Assembly (NCBI GenBank): GCA_963768425.1
Contig: CAVYHV010000009.1
Span: 96,001-160,000, forward strand
Source of the DNA: Candidatus Bathyarchaeota archaeon
GTDB lineage: Archaea; Thermoproteota; Bathyarchaeia; Bathyarchaeales; Bathycorpusculaceae
Length of the DNA stretch: 64,000 nt
Direction of reading: 5' to 3'
Both the position numbers and the translations under genes were made by a program. The notes below the pieces were generated by a model. The model saw only the letters and a program-made list of their open reading frames with translations. It did not search any database and was not told the origin of the DNA. Position 1 is the first letter of the stretch, and the number at the start of each line of letters is the position of its first letter. Shown one piece after another: positions 18,436 through 29,701 of the stretch.

Positions 18436-19968
18436 ATGGTTGAACTTAGAACGCAAGAAAGTCAACTCCTATCCGCTCTGCAAGAAGTTGGCGGAGAAGC
18501 CACAGTAGAGCAGCTAATAGAGAAAACAGGAATGCAAGACTCTGCAGTCATGCGAATCGGGCTCACTCTTCAGGAAAAAACACTAATCGCCATTCATGCC
18601 AAACATCAAAACGTCGTCAAATTAACCGCTGAAGGAGAAGTTTACGCTAAAAGCGGTTTGCCCGAACGCAAACTAATCCGTGCCGTGGCAGATCTTGGTG
18701 GTTCAGCGGACCTCAAAAAGGCGACGGAGCTAGCGGGCATCGAGCCCCAGTTTATCCAAATCGCACTGGGCTGGGCGATAAGGAAAAAATGGGCGCTTTA
18801 CACTTCAAGCGACAACACGTTGCGTGTCGCTGAAAACTTTCTTCATCAAGCGTTTATTCCTGACGGAGCAGATGAGAAGCTCTTCGACTTCTTGGCGGAA
18901 AATAAACAAATTGGGTTTGAACGCCTCAAAGATGATGATTTGAAGGAAGCTGCTGAGCAGCTTAAGAAACGCAAAGTACTCGTAATAGAGCTTAAAACAA
19001 GCCGCTCGCTGCAAATTACGCCGGAGGGCAAAGCGGCAGTCGCTGAAGCCAAACCCAAAGTCCAAGAAATCACCCAGTTGACGCCTGAACTCATAATCAC
19101 GGGTAAATGGCATACGTCAAAGCTTCAAAAATACAATATAGCCGCGCCAGTAGCTAAGACTTGGCCTGGCAAAAAACACCCATATTTGCAATTCCTCGAC
19201 GAAGTACGCACTAAACTTGTGCAGTTGGGCTTTCAGGAAATGACGGGCACGGCTGTTGAAACGAGCTTCTTCAACTTCGATGCACTCTTTGTACCGCAAG
19301 ATCATCCAGCAAGAGAAGAAAGCGACATTTACTATGCTAAAGACCCAGCTTTCGGTGACGTAAGCCAGCATGCAGAAGCTGTTGAGCATGTGAAGGAGAC
19401 GCATGAGAACGGGTGGACAACGGGTTCCACAGGATGGGGATACAAATACTCGCTTTTAAACGCACAAAGACTTATTCTTCGCGGTCATGGTACTTGCCTT
19501 AGTGCCAGAACGCTTGAAGCAAAAAAGTTTCAGGTTCCCAGTAAACACTTCAGTATAGCACGGGTCTATCGCCCGGAACTTATAGATAGAACACATTTGT
19601 CCGAATTTAACCAGGTGGAAGGCATAATCGTAGACGAAAACCTAACGCTAAAGGACCTGCTTGGCGTTTTGGGCAAGTTCGCTATAGAAATCGCTGGAGC
19701 TGACAAAGTCCGCTTCAAACCTGATTATTTCCCGTTTACTGAACCCAGCGTTGAACTCAGTGCGTATCGGGAAGGTTACGGCTGGGTTGAATTCGGCGGC
19801 AGCGGCATTTTCCGCCCAGAAGTCACGTTGCCACTCGGCGTCAAGGAACCTGTCATCGCATGGGGCTTAGGCGTCGACCGTCTGTTCATGATGCGGGCAG
19901 GGCTTGAGGATATTAGGATGATTTTCAGCCAAGACCTTGATTGGCTAAGGCGCAAAGAGGTAACCTAG
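18436..19968 (+). CDS. pheS: Phenylalanine--tRNA ligase alpha subunit
   Basis: NFDALFVPQDHPARE, EFNQVEG, FPFTEPS, AWGLGVDR. Confidence 0.98.
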   Translation: MVELRTQESQLLSALQEVGGEATVEQLIEKTGMQDSAVMRIGLTLQEKTLIAIHAKHQNVVKLTAEGEVYAKSGLPERKLIRAVADLGGSADLKKATELAGIEPQFIQIALGWAIRKKWALYTSSDNTLRVAENFLHQAFIPDGADEKLFDFLAENKQIGFERLKDDDLKEAAEQLKKRKVLVIELKTSRSLQITPEGKAAVAEAKPKVQEITQLTPELIITGKWHTSKLQKYNIAAPVAKTWPGKKHPYLQFLDEVRTKLVQLGFQEMTGTAVETSFFNFDALFVPQDHPAREESDIYYAKDPAFGDVSQHAEAVEHVKETHENGWTTGSTGWGYKYSLLNAQRLILRGHGTCLSARTLEAKKFQVPSKHFSIARVYRPELIDRTHLSEFNQVEGIIVDENLTLKDLLGVLGKFAIEIAGADKVRFKPDYFPFTEPSVELSAYREGYGWVEFGGSGIFRPEVTLPLGVKEPVIAWGLGVDRLFMMRAGLEDIRMIFSQDLDWLRRKEVT

Positions 19969-21672
19969 ATGCCGACAATCGATGTTGAATATCGGGAACT
20001 TGAGCGCCTTCTTGGGTTGAATCTGAATTCGAATATGGAGAAGCTCGACGAGATTCTCGCGAACGTTAAAGGCGAAGTTAAGCTTTTCAACGAGCAGGAA
20101 GGCATCGTCAGCATCGAGATGAAGGACACCAACCGACCTGACCTATGGAGCGCGGAAGGATTAGCTAGGGGGCTGCGCTGCTATCTTGGTTTAGAAAAAG
20201 GGCCCAGACGCTACTTTGCGGAGAAAACTGCAGTAGAAGTGAACGTAGACTCTAAACTCTATAACATACGCCCATTCATTGCCTGTGCTGTCGTAAAAGA
20301 CGTTCAGCTAACCGACCCCGTAATCCGAGGGCTGATGCATCTTCAGGATAAGCTGGACAAGACCTCTGGGAGAAACCGCCAGAAAACCTCTATCGGCATA
20401 TACAACTTCCACTTAATCACACCGCCCATAGAATACCGCGCCGTAAACCCACGTGACGTCAGCTTTGTACCGTTGGGATTCTCCAAAAAAATGAGTTTGG
20501 ACGAGATTTTGGAGCTGCACCCTAAAGGCATCGAGTACGGGCACATAGTCAAGAAGAACCCCCTTTACCCCATGCTTTTTGATTCAGAAGGAAAAATCCT
20601 CTCTTTCCCCCCAATCATCAACTCAAACGATCTAGGAAAAATCACCGAGGAATCCCGCAATCTCCTTGTCGAAGTTACAGGAACACAAAACAGAACCGTC
20701 GTCAACACGTTGAATCTGGTAACTGCAGCGTTGATTGATCGCGGCGGAAAAGCCTACTCAGCCACAATCCATTTTCAAGATGCCTCAGGCGACGTAAAAA
20801 TGGGCGTTCTCACACCCGACTTTAGCAGCCGAACCATGCCATTAAACGTTGAGTATACCAACAGGATTCTTGGGTTGAATCTTTCATCCAAAGAAATCCG
20901 CAAACTGCTTTTAACGGCTGGTTTAGGCGTCTGCAAAGTGGATAATTGTTGCGTTGAGGTTGAGGTTCCGTTTTACCGCATAGACGTTATGCATCAAGTT
21001 GACCTTATTGAGGATGTCGCAGTTGCATACGGTTACAACAACATCGAGTGCATATGGCGTGAAATGCCAACAACGGGCAAAGCGGAGCCTGCACAGCAAA
21101 ACATCAACATCGCGCGGGAACTAATGATTGGCTTAGGCTACCAGGAAATCTTAACTTACACCTTAACAAACGAGGAAAATATGTTTGCAAAAATGAACGC
21201 CGCGCCATCCCCACACGTTGAACTCTCTAATCCAAAAGTTGCAACTATGACTTGCTTGCGCAGTTGGCTCCTGCCAAGCCTCATGGAGTTCCTTAGCAAC
21301 AACCAATCCGTCGAGTTCCCGCAAAAAATATTCGAACTTGGAAAAGTAACTCTGCCCGACGAATCAGCTGAAACCAAGACAAGGGATGAGGAGTGGGTCT
21401 GTGCGGCCACGACCCATGCAAACGCCAACTTTACTGAGGCGAAGTCAGCTTTGGATGCTTTCTTCAGAAATCTTGGGGTTGAATTGCAAATAATGGAAAC
21501 CGCTCATCCAAGCTTTATTGAAGGCAGAGTTGGAAAAGCAAGGGTCGGAGACGTTGACGTAGGCTTTGTCGGCGAAGTCAACCCGCTTGTTCTTGAAGCA
21601 TGGAAGCTGGAAAACCCAATAGCCGCCTTCGAGGTTAACCTCCAGAAAATCCTTCTTGGAAAAACCAAGTAA
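19969..21672 (+). CDS. pheT: Phenylalanine--tRNA ligase beta subunit
   Basis: NRPDLWS, SFPPIINS, DLIEDVAVAYGY; abuts pheS. Confidence 0.98.
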   Translation: MPTIDVEYRELERLLGLNLNSNMEKLDEILANVKGEVKLFNEQEGIVSIEMKDTNRPDLWSAEGLARGLRCYLGLEKGPRRYFAEKTAVEVNVDSKLYNIRPFIACAVVKDVQLTDPVIRGLMHLQDKLDKTSGRNRQKTSIGIYNFHLITPPIEYRAVNPRDVSFVPLGFSKKMSLDEILELHPKGIEYGHIVKKNPLYPMLFDSEGKILSFPPIINSNDLGKITEESRNLLVEVTGTQNRTVVNTLNLVTAALIDRGGKAYSATIHFQDASGDVKMGVLTPDFSSRTMPLNVEYTNRILGLNLSSKEIRKLLLTAGLGVCKVDNCCVEVEVPFYRIDVMHQVDLIEDVAVAYGYNNIECIWREMPTTGKAEPAQQNINIARELMIGLGYQEILTYTLTNEENMFAKMNAAPSPHVELSNPKVATMTCLRSWLLPSLMEFLSNNQSVEFPQKIFELGKVTLPDESAETKTRDEEWVCAATTHANANFTEAKSALDAFFRNLGVELQIMETAHPSFIEGRVGKARVGDVDVGFVGEVNPLVLEAWKLENPIAAFEVNLQKILLGKTK

Positions 21673-21701
21673 ACGTTTTTCAAGTCAGAAGCTGGGAAAT
21701 T

Positions 21702-22499
21702 TTAAAACCACGAGAGGGTTCCGTTTTTCCTCGCAGTTTTCAGGCACCACGCATAAATCACGTATCCCACGGGCACTATTATCGCGCACATCAGGGCCAA
21801 AATTGCCAGGTTTGGTAAAATCGACACGATAGTTGCGCCTGTCAGCATGAATTTAATGCACGTCATAAAGTAGTAGGGTGGGGTCACGTAGGCGATTAGC
21901 CGAAGTCCATAAGGCAGTACTTGGGGTGGAAAAAGCACGTTTCCAAAAAGGGTTATCGCTATGGTTGTGAGCGCCGTGACTGGGTCGCCCTGTTTGGTCA
22001 GAATAAGAATTCCTGAGCCAATCATGCTGATTCCGATAAATGTTCCAATGCCGAGGGCAAGAACAATCAGTGCTCCTACAATGTTGACGCTTAAAACTAC
22101 TCCGAAAAAGTAAACGCCGATAAGAAGGTAAATAGCGGCCACTCCAGTGCTCCAGATAAACCCCCAAAGGGAGCTGCCGATGATGAATGTTGTTAAATGA
22201 GTGGGCGAAACCAAGACTTCTTCAAGCGACCACGGATTGATAGTTTTCTGCACCAGCGTTAAGGCTTGGCCAAGGTACGTGTTGAAAGCTAACCCGATAA
22301 GAAGGTAAGTCGTGTAGTTAGTATGGTACAATTCAGTTACAGTTTGGTTAACTGAGCTCTGTCCAAGATAAGCAAAGGATAACGCCCCAAAAATAGCGGT
22401 AAAAACTAGAATGAGAATGTTTGTCTTATAAGTAGAGAAGCTTATCATGTCCCGCTTCATGAAATACCAGATTTTCTCAAGCTCTTGCCCCAGCGTCAC
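21702..22499 (-). CDS. ABC-2 type exporter permease
   Basis: Multi-TM protein immediately downstream of ABC ATPase. Confidence 0.85.
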   Translation of the reverse strand: MTLGQELEKIWYFMKRDMISFSTYKTNILILVFTAIFGALSFAYLGQSSVNQTVTELYHTNYTTYLLIGLAFNTYLGQALTLVQKTINPWSLEEVLVSPTHLTTFIIGSSLWGFIWSTGVAAIYLLIGVYFFGVVLSVNIVGALIVLALGIGTFIGISMIGSGILILTKQGDPVTALTTIAITLFGNVLFPPQVLPYGLRLIAYVTPPYYFMTCIKFMLTGATIVSILPNLAILALMCAIIVPVGYVIYAWCLKTARKNGTLSWF

Positions 22500-22502
22500 T
22501 GC

Positions 22503-23514
22503 TCAAGCCCTCCTGGTCAACTCGATAAATGCGTCTTCGAGGCTGGGTTCCTCCCGCTTAAGATTCACGAGCTTGATTTTTTGCTCGAAAAGGAAATCAA
22601 AGATCAAAGGCAACTGGTCTACTGTTTGAAGTTTAACGTGAAGTTCTCGCTGCCCAAGCATCAGAGGCATATCGGTTTTTTCAGAGACTTCTATCACACC
22701 TGGCAGCGTTCGCATTTTTTCAATCTGAGGCTCAGCCACATCTTCCACGACCAAGTTGATTTGCTCGTCTTTCTTTATTTTGGCTTTCAAAGCTTCAGGG
22801 GTATCGTAGGCGACGATTTTTCCCTGCTTGAGGATGCCGATTTTGGTGCAGATTTGCGCGGCCTCTTCAATGTAATGCGTGGTGTAAATCACTGTTTTGG
22901 CTGTTTCCCGAACCGTTCTCTGGACGAAATCGCGGACTGCTCTGGCGGATATTGCGTCCAGCCCTGTTGTAGGCTCGTCAAGCATGATTATGGGCGGGTC
23001 GGGAAGTAATGTTCTTGCTAGGGCAAGTTTGCGTTTCATGCCGCCTGAGTACTTCTGGAAGGTCATGAAAGTGTTGTTTTCTAAGCCCACTAGCTTGAGT
23101 ACTTCCAAAATCCTTTCATTCCGCTTCTGCCGCGGCACATTATAGATTGCGGCGAAAAATTCCAGGTTTCGGTACCCGTTAAGCCTCCAAAAGAACCCAC
23201 GTTCCCCAACACTGAAAAGGGTGCCCAAAGAACGTTTAACCTGCATCTGCTGCTTCACGATGTCAAAGCCGTTAATCAGAGCAGTTCCCCCGTCAGGCGG
23301 AAGAAGAGTGCATAGCATTTTAACAAGGGTGGTTTTTCCAGCGCCGTTGGGACCGAGAAGCCCAAATAGCTCGCCTTTCTTGACAATGAGGTTGATACCA
23401 TCAACGGCGTTTACAGTAATTGTTTTGCGCCTGAGAAAGCCGTTTCCATTCGGAACTGTTGACTTAAATTTCTTTATCAGGTTGATCGTTTCGATCGCGT
23501 TTTCGGTCTGGCAC
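22503..23514 (-). CDS. ABC exporter ATP-binding protein (5' end apparently frameshifted)
   Basis: GPNGAGKTT lies in frame upstream of ORF-track start; YSGGMK, LDEPT; probable GTG at 23514 after GAGGT is one base out of frame. Confidence 0.88.
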
Positions 23515-23648
23515 TCGTTAAACCTCTTGCTGTCACCTAAACTTGTATGGATGCTTCAACTAACCATGTTGCAATAAGAAGCGATTAGTCGTATTTTAGT
23601 AAAGTTATCGGTGAAACAATTAAGCATTTTGACCCGCATGAGAGTACG

Positions 23649-24573
23649 TTAAAATTTGTGGATGAACGGCATAAGCTGGTTTGCGTTTTCGAATTTTTGC
23701 GAAAGAGGAAACTGCAAGTACGCTCCGTACCTGTTAAAGTAAGGTGCCCCTTTCCTTGAAAACAGGGTTAAGACCTTGCCGCCGTGATTGATTTTGAAGC
23801 CCGTGCTGCTTGCCTCATGACCCCTTATCAGAATTTTTGCTTTCAACCTTTCAAGCACCTGTTCCGTGACGTCTTTGCCGAAGAGTTTTCCTGCGCCTCT
23901 CGGCGAAAAAGAAACCCCGCGCATCCCTTCCGCAGGGTCGCTCCACAGCAAATCCTCCAGCAACCCCTCGTTGTGACCCTCTTGGGCTTGACGCGATGTC
24001 TTGTAGGTGTCTGATTTCTGGGGAGACGCCGCCGTGAACCATCAAAAAACGTTCCTCAACGTACACGGCGTTGTACAGGCAAGCCCACAAAGCGCGGGTT
24101 TTTTTATAGACCTGCAACGAGTCTTCGCCGAACTTGGCTTGGAGTCGCTCGGGCAAATCATGCGGAGAAGCCATCAAATCCTCGGGTCCCTCATGGTTTC
24201 CCCTAATTAAAATAACTTGTTTTGGGAAGGCAAGCTTCAACCTAAGAATCAAGTAGTAGACTTCGGCTGGTTTTTCTCCTCTGTCGCCGTAGTCCCCAAG
24301 AAAAATCAAAGTTGCGTCACTTCGTTTTCTCCATTTTTTGCACGAATTGGCTTTCTTGAAGTATCAAGGAGAGGCTTTCGAGGTCGCCGTGCAAGTCTCC
24401 TACGACCAAGAGCTTCCCCAGTCGGCTCAAGTGTGACAAGGCGATCTTCTATTTTTTAGATTGCCATTTTGCCCGTTTTCCTTCTGCAACAGAAGCGTGG
24501 CTTCGTCAAGCGTCTCCATGAATGATTTGCTTTGAATACTTTGGGCTTCTTTGACTATTGTAGATAAATCCAA
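23649..24573 (-). CDS. PPP-family Ser/Thr protein phosphatase, multiple frameshifts
   Basis: GDLHG, GDYGDRG, RGNHE, VHGG, LLWSDP, RGHE motifs spread over shifting frames. Confidence 0.85.
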
Positions 24574-24591
24574 GGGATCCACAGGTCAGAA

Positions 24592-25843
24592 TCATGGGAT
24601 TTGGACTTTTATGTCTATAGAACTGAAAATGTTCTTCTCTATCGTTCGTTTGAGGTTGTTGATTTTGTCGATTGCTTCATGGTACGCGTTTTCTTTGACT
24701 GCCTCGTGGGTTTCGATGCTTGTTTTCCGAGTTTTAAGCTGGTCAAGCTGCTGCTGGTACACGGTGAGATTGCGTTTTGTTTCATCCATCAATGGCGAAG
24801 CCAGCAGCTGCTCTCTTGTTTTTGCCATTTCCATGCATTTGAGTTGAATCTGGCTGAGTGAGTTGTTCTTTACTATTTCATTTATTGACTGCTCGGCTTT
24901 CCGCGCCTTTTCATCTTTAAGTTTTAACTTGTCTTCCTCCAAAAAACGTTGAAGTTTCTCCAAAATCTCCCTAAACTCGGGGTACCCGCTCTGCTCAGTT
25001 ATTAACGCGTCAAAAGGATTCTCCAAGTACAAGTTTATTCGTGGTTAGCTCGTCGGGAGTTATTCCTCCGCCGCCGCCACTGGTGGCTAACGCCTGCATT
25101 TTTATGAATGGCTTCTGCAGATGCCTAAGAAAGTTCTTTAATTCGTTGGTTAAATTGCATATTTCAATGTTCACTGTGTTTAAGATCGTCGATGGGTCCC
25201 TTTAGTTTTCAACTCATCAATTTTCTGCTCCAAATCAGCGATTTCTTTTTCAATTGGCAAACGCTCATTTTTTATTTGGTCTTTTTCTTCGCCTATCGTT
25301 CCCTGCTGTTTCTGCACGTTTTGGAGTTCGTTTAGCAGGTTGAAGGCTTCCTCCAAAGTTTTTGTTTTCACATATTCTTTTGTGAGAAAGTCATTAAGGA
25401 ATTGTGGGTTTGTTTGGCTTTCTCGTACACCGTTAAGAATCTTCTTCTATCCATGATGAAGAAAGGGGAAATTCTTGGAAACCAATTTTTAATGTCTATG
25501 TCGGTTACAATGAAGATTTTTTGGATTTCCTGAGCATACTTGTTTAGCGTGTCGTAGGAGATTTCTTCGGCGCCTTAAGCTTCTTGAGTCGATCAACAAA
25601 CAAATGCGCAAGCTTGTTTAGGGCTCGGGCTCGATTGTAAACTTTCATGTTTCTTTTTTCGATTTCTTTTGTGCTGTTATCCAAGAGCATCTTGCTCATG
25701 TCGTCGATGCCTTGGATCGCCAGGTTCATGTCGTCCCTTAGCTTTTTAGCTTGGGCATGCACAGGCGAGAGGATGGAGTTTGTTTTGTCTTCAAGCCAAG
25801 GCTTAACTTCGCCGGTTGAGGTGAACTGGATTGTTTCAGTCAA
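24592..25843 (-). CDS. Coiled-coil hypothetical protein, multiple frameshifts
   Basis: Collinear fragments 25544-25843, 25180-25371 and 24592-25032 with E/K/Q/L-rich heptads. Confidence 0.65.
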
Positions 25844-25981
25844 TACGTTTCACTGTTAGAGATATGTTATGTTGGCTTATTTATCAATTTTAGCCCTGAT
25901 TTTACCAGATTCTTTACGTTTTTTTGAGTAGCTACTCTTAAATAGCTAACGCGGGATTGAACAACCAAACGAGACAACAAA

Positions 25982-26562
25982 ATGAACACAAAAACACTGG
26001 CACTAATCATAATATTTGTTGCGCTTAACAATGGCCTTAAACGTGGCTGGACCAAAAATTCCAGCTCCCTACGCACCATTCCTTATACTACCAAATCTGG
26101 GAAATTCCAATCGTGGTTGCTTTCTTAGCCCTAGGCTTAGTAGCTGGTCTAATAATATCGGCAATAAACACAGTAATTCTAACAATCTATTTTACCGGGG
26201 GCTTTTCGCCGCTGGGACCAGTTTACAATCTCGTTGCAATCCTCTCAATGATGCTAGGCATATACATCCCCTATCTCATTGCTACCCGAGGTTGCAAAAC
26301 AGAAACCTTATCTGACACCCTAAAGAATCATGCTAAAATAATAAGCATATCTGCAACGGCCTCAGGTATTGTCGTTCGCATAGCCATAACATCAGTAGTG
26401 AACTACTTTACGCTTCAACAACCGTCCCCAGTGGGATTTTCATATAAACCCGCGGCAGCCTTAGCTTTTCTTCCACTCGGCGCAGTTTTCAACGGCACCG
26501 TAGCACTCTATACAATACCCAATTGCATTTGCCATAACAGTGCCTGTTCTTTCAAGATTTAA
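25982..26562 (+). CDS. ECF transporter S-component-like membrane protein, frameshifted
   Basis: MNTKTLALIIIF...KIPAPYAPFL...QIWEIP followed by multi-TM ORF 26113-26562. Confidence 0.6.
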
Positions 26563-26581
26563 GCTGAAATGAAAAAAAAGG

Positions 26582-26770
26582 TTAGAATCCTAAGGATTAT
26601 CCCTAGCACCTTGGGGATTAATTTGCCCCGCCTTGAAGGTATTCCCAGTTTTAGCGTTCTTTATCATTAAAACTGAGGGTGCGAACAAGCCGTGGTCTAT
26701 TTTGTAGAAACCGCGGCCTGCTTCGCGGAAAATCTGCAGGAAAGTTTACTCTTAACTCTTAGAAGCTTGA
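26582..26770 (-). pseudogene. mch: Relic 3' fragment of a second methenyl-H4MPT cyclohydrolase gene
   Basis: Translates TFLQIFREAGRGFYKIDHGLFAPSVLMIKNAKTGNTFKAGQIN, collinear with the C-terminus of the intact Mch; flanked by stops and indels. Confidence 0.85.
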
Positions 26771-26808
26771 ACAAAAGAAGTAGAATTGATTGATATGTGC
26801 TTTTTGTT

Positions 26809-27576
26809 TTATTTTTCTCTGAACAGTGACATGTTCGGGTAGATTTCTATTCCGGTTTTGTCGATTGTGTAGGGAACAAGGTTTGTGTTTACGCTAACAC
26901 CTCTCATTTTTTCCACTTGTAGCCCTCTAGTCGTGGTTCCGCTTGAAAACAGAGTCTGCATCATAATTACTCCGTGAACTAAGAATTCTTCATCAGATAT
27001 CTTTCGTTCAAGCCCAAGTTGACCCAATTCTGTAGTAACGAGAACTGTTGCACCGCAATCGGAAAGTGCCTCTATGAGATCTACGCTGGCGGTTCTTCTT
27101 TCTATTGGATCCAAAAACCTGTAGAAAAGCGAAGCAAGCGTATCCAAAACCACACGTTTAGCGTTAACCTTCTTAATAATCTCCTGTATGTCTTCTACTA
27201 ATCTGTCGACCTGCAGTTCTTTTCCTCGAAGACTGCCAGATTCTTCTTTCATCATTTTTTCCTTTAGCATCGCAACTCTGGAAAGTCTTGTCGCGTCGAG
27301 GAAACCGAATTTTCCTTCTTGCTCAGCTTTATTGAAATCCCAACCGAATTTCGCCATTTCAGAAAAGAAATGATTCTTACCCTCGTCTAAGCTGACGAAA
27401 ACGCCGTTTTCGCCATATTCGGCAATGCCCTTATATAAGAATTGGGAAGCAAAAATTGTTTTTCCAGCTCCAGGTCCCCCAATAACTAATATCACTCTAT
27501 TCTGTGGGAAGCCGCCGCTAATTAATTCATTCAAACCTTCTATTCCAGTGGGAACAGTCTTTACAAAGTCTGACAT
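26809..27576 (-). CDS. Single-domain KaiC-like RecA-superfamily ATPase
   Basis: TGIEGL, GGPGAGKT, VVLD, TTE, VEKMRG. Confidence 0.92.
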   Translation of the reverse strand: MSDFVKTVPTGIEGLNELISGGFPQNRVILVIGGPGAGKTIFASQFLYKGIAEYGENGVFVSLDEGKNHFFSEMAKFGWDFNKAEQEGKFGFLDATRLSRVAMLKEKMMKEESGSLRGKELQVDRLVEDIQEIIKKVNAKRVVLDTLASLFYRFLDPIERRTASVDLIEALSDCGATVLVTTELGQLGLERKISDEEFLVHGVIMMQTLFSSGTTTRGLQVEKMRGVSVNTNLVPYTIDKTGIEIYPNMSLFREK

Positions 27577-27906
27577 CTTGCGTACCTTCGAACATGCTAA
27601 AAGACTCTACTGTATATTTATAATTTTTGTAGGAGATAAAATGCTAGCAAGATAGACATAGAACTCGAAAAAAGTAATATTGGAATTCTTAACACTCAAC
27701 ATTATTTAGATAAGATAAAGGTGCAAAAAGCCTTACGCAATCCCCATTATCCGCATAGATTTTCTTATGCAATTTCCTTTTTGGAATGTTTAAAATTCGT
27801 AAAGAAAAAATTTTGCGGAACGGCTTGAGAAAGAAATCAAATCTATTTAGAACGTTCTTCAGTCAGACTTTGGAGCAACAAGCCATCTTCAAGATATAGA
27901 TAAATT

Positions 27907-28902
27907 CTAAGTTAAGCCTAGGGAAGCTTTCATTACTTCTACGTCTAGATTGCCTGCTGTGAATGTTTTACCCGTTTTCATATTGTTGACGGCGACGACA
28001 GCGGGAGCAAATATGTTTGTGTCAATCTTGTAGAAGTCGAAGCCTGCTTCTTTGTAGATGTCTAGGAATCGGGGATTTTTTTGGGCGAGTCTTTTTGCTT
28101 CTTGCAACATTGCAGAAGCTGACGAGGGAGCTTGCTGAACTATGCTTTGCAGTTTTTGTTCGTCATCGTAATTTACTATGTAGTTCGTTACTCCTCCGTA
28201 GAGGATAGCATCATTTGTCCTTCCCATGGCTTCGCCTGCATCAGGATGCAACGGGACAATCGGAGCATAACCCCACGCATGCTTTACAACCAATGGGTCT
28301 AAACCGCACCTTTCAAGTTTATGAAGCCCCGTTTCAACTATTCGTCCTGAAACTTGAGTTGCACCAGCCACGCTAGTCGTAGAAAACATTACCAAATACA
28401 GGTTTTTAGCGGGAACCTTGCATTTATCGGCTATAAATTGAATAACTGCTTCTGGCGGCTTCGTTTGGGTTTCTAAAACAAGCACTGCAGTATCGGATTC
28501 TTCCTTAAATTGAAGTTTTTCGTAGAGATCTTTGGGTTTAAGGGCCAAAGCTCTTGCTGGACCAGATGCGATGGCTGAATATCCTTCACCTTTTACTTGC
28601 CAGCCTGCAAATTGGGAAGCCAAGAGAGACAGCGCTGGGTAATCTGTCTTTATGAAAACTGAGGGCAAAACAATATTTCCGTATTGAATTGCAGTCACAT
28701 TGGCGGTGCCATAACCTGCTAGGCAGATTTCAGTTACCATTTCGCCCGCAAGAAAACCGCCTTCAGCTTCAATGCCAGCGTCAATCAAGGTTGCGCCAGA
28801 TTCAGATTTTTCGACGTTAACGCCATATTTATCTGCTTCATCACAAAACTTATTCACCAAACGCAGCGCTGATTTATTTAGAGTAATCTTTGGCATTGTC
28901 AT
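27907..28902 (-). CDS. mch: Methenyltetrahydromethanopterin cyclohydrolase
   Basis: SQFAGW, SGPARAL, QVSGRIVETG, GRTNDAILYGG, FYKID.. FAPA; start set at MTMPK. Confidence 0.96.
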   Translation of the reverse strand: MTMPKITLNKSALRLVNKFCDEADKYGVNVEKSESGATLIDAGIEAEGGFLAGEMVTEICLAGYGTANVTAIQYGNIVLPSVFIKTDYPALSLLASQFAGWQVKGEGYSAIASGPARALALKPKDLYEKLQFKEESDTAVLVLETQTKPPEAVIQFIADKCKVPAKNLYLVMFSTTSVAGATQVSGRIVETGLHKLERCGLDPLVVKHAWGYAPIVPLHPDAGEAMGRTNDAILYGGVTNYIVNYDDEQKLQSIVQQAPSSASAMLQEAKRLAQKNPRFLDIYKEAGFDFYKIDTNIFAPAVVAVNNMKTGKTFTAGNLDVEVMKASLGLT

Positions 28903-28980
28903 TTGCTTCCCTAAAGGTACTGGAATAAGCAAATATATAGCCACGGATAAGTCTTTTCCCCAAACACGCAAAAAAGAATC

Positions 28981-29547
28981 TTATTTTTCCAAAAGTTCTC
29001 TGTACTTTCCGAGCCTGCGGTCGTACTCTTCGTTAATCATGTTTTTCAGTTCCAGATAAGCATCCAAATTCATTTCGTATTTTGCTGATTTCAAATTAGA
29101 ATGATCGAGTGTCGATTTAAGTTTCCGAATCTTTTGCTGCCATAACTCAGTAATCTGCTGTGGAAACATGAATGGGTAAGTTGCGATGGTTTCATCAATT
29201 TTTTTCCTTTCTTCAAAATCTAGCCAAAACCCTGTGTTTTCCGAATTAGAAGTCTTGTTAAGAAGCATGTATAATGGCCCGTAGGCTTTTTCGAGTTCGT
29301 TTCTGGCATCTTCAATCTGATGTCTTTTTGCCTCTGTAGAGGCTCGTTTAAACGTTGAAAAGCCCTCAATGGCAGCGAAAACAGCTAAAGCAAATGTTAG
29401 AAGTATTGTGGTTTTGTCCATGAAAGTGAGGTCTGATAAAACTGAAATGTGCCCAGAATACCCCGTCAGCTGAGGAATGTACAAAATAACAACTAACACG
29501 ATTAGTCCCAAGAATGGCAAAGAGAGCAGCCAAGTCTCTTTCGGCAT
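28981..29547 (-). CDS. Hypothetical protein with two N-terminal TMs
   Basis: MPKETWLL start within ORF 28981-29712; two hydrophobic segments then a helical domain. Confidence 0.65.
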   Translation of the reverse strand: MPKETWLLSLPFLGLIVLVVILYIPQLTGYSGHISVLSDLTFMDKTTILLTFALAVFAAIEGFSTFKRASTEAKRHQIEDARNELEKAYGPLYMLLNKTSNSENTGFWLDFEERKKIDETIATYPFMFPQQITELWQQKIRKLKSTLDHSNLKSAKYEMNLDAYLELKNMINEEYDRRLGKYRELLEK

Positions 29548-29701
29548 TCGCACCCACAGACAGTAACGTGTTCTTAGAATATAACTTTTCAAATGATAGC
29601 TATCAATTTCTCTTTTACTCTCAATTAATTTGCATGATTCAGCCGCCGACCTGTAGATTTTCTGGTGTTCGAAGATGTAATTGCTGCGTTTATTCTGGCG
29701 C

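Noticed and set aside
26809-27576. Circadian clock kaiC
   Set aside because: Single-domain protein with no kaiA or kaiB; typical archaeal KaiC-like ATPase
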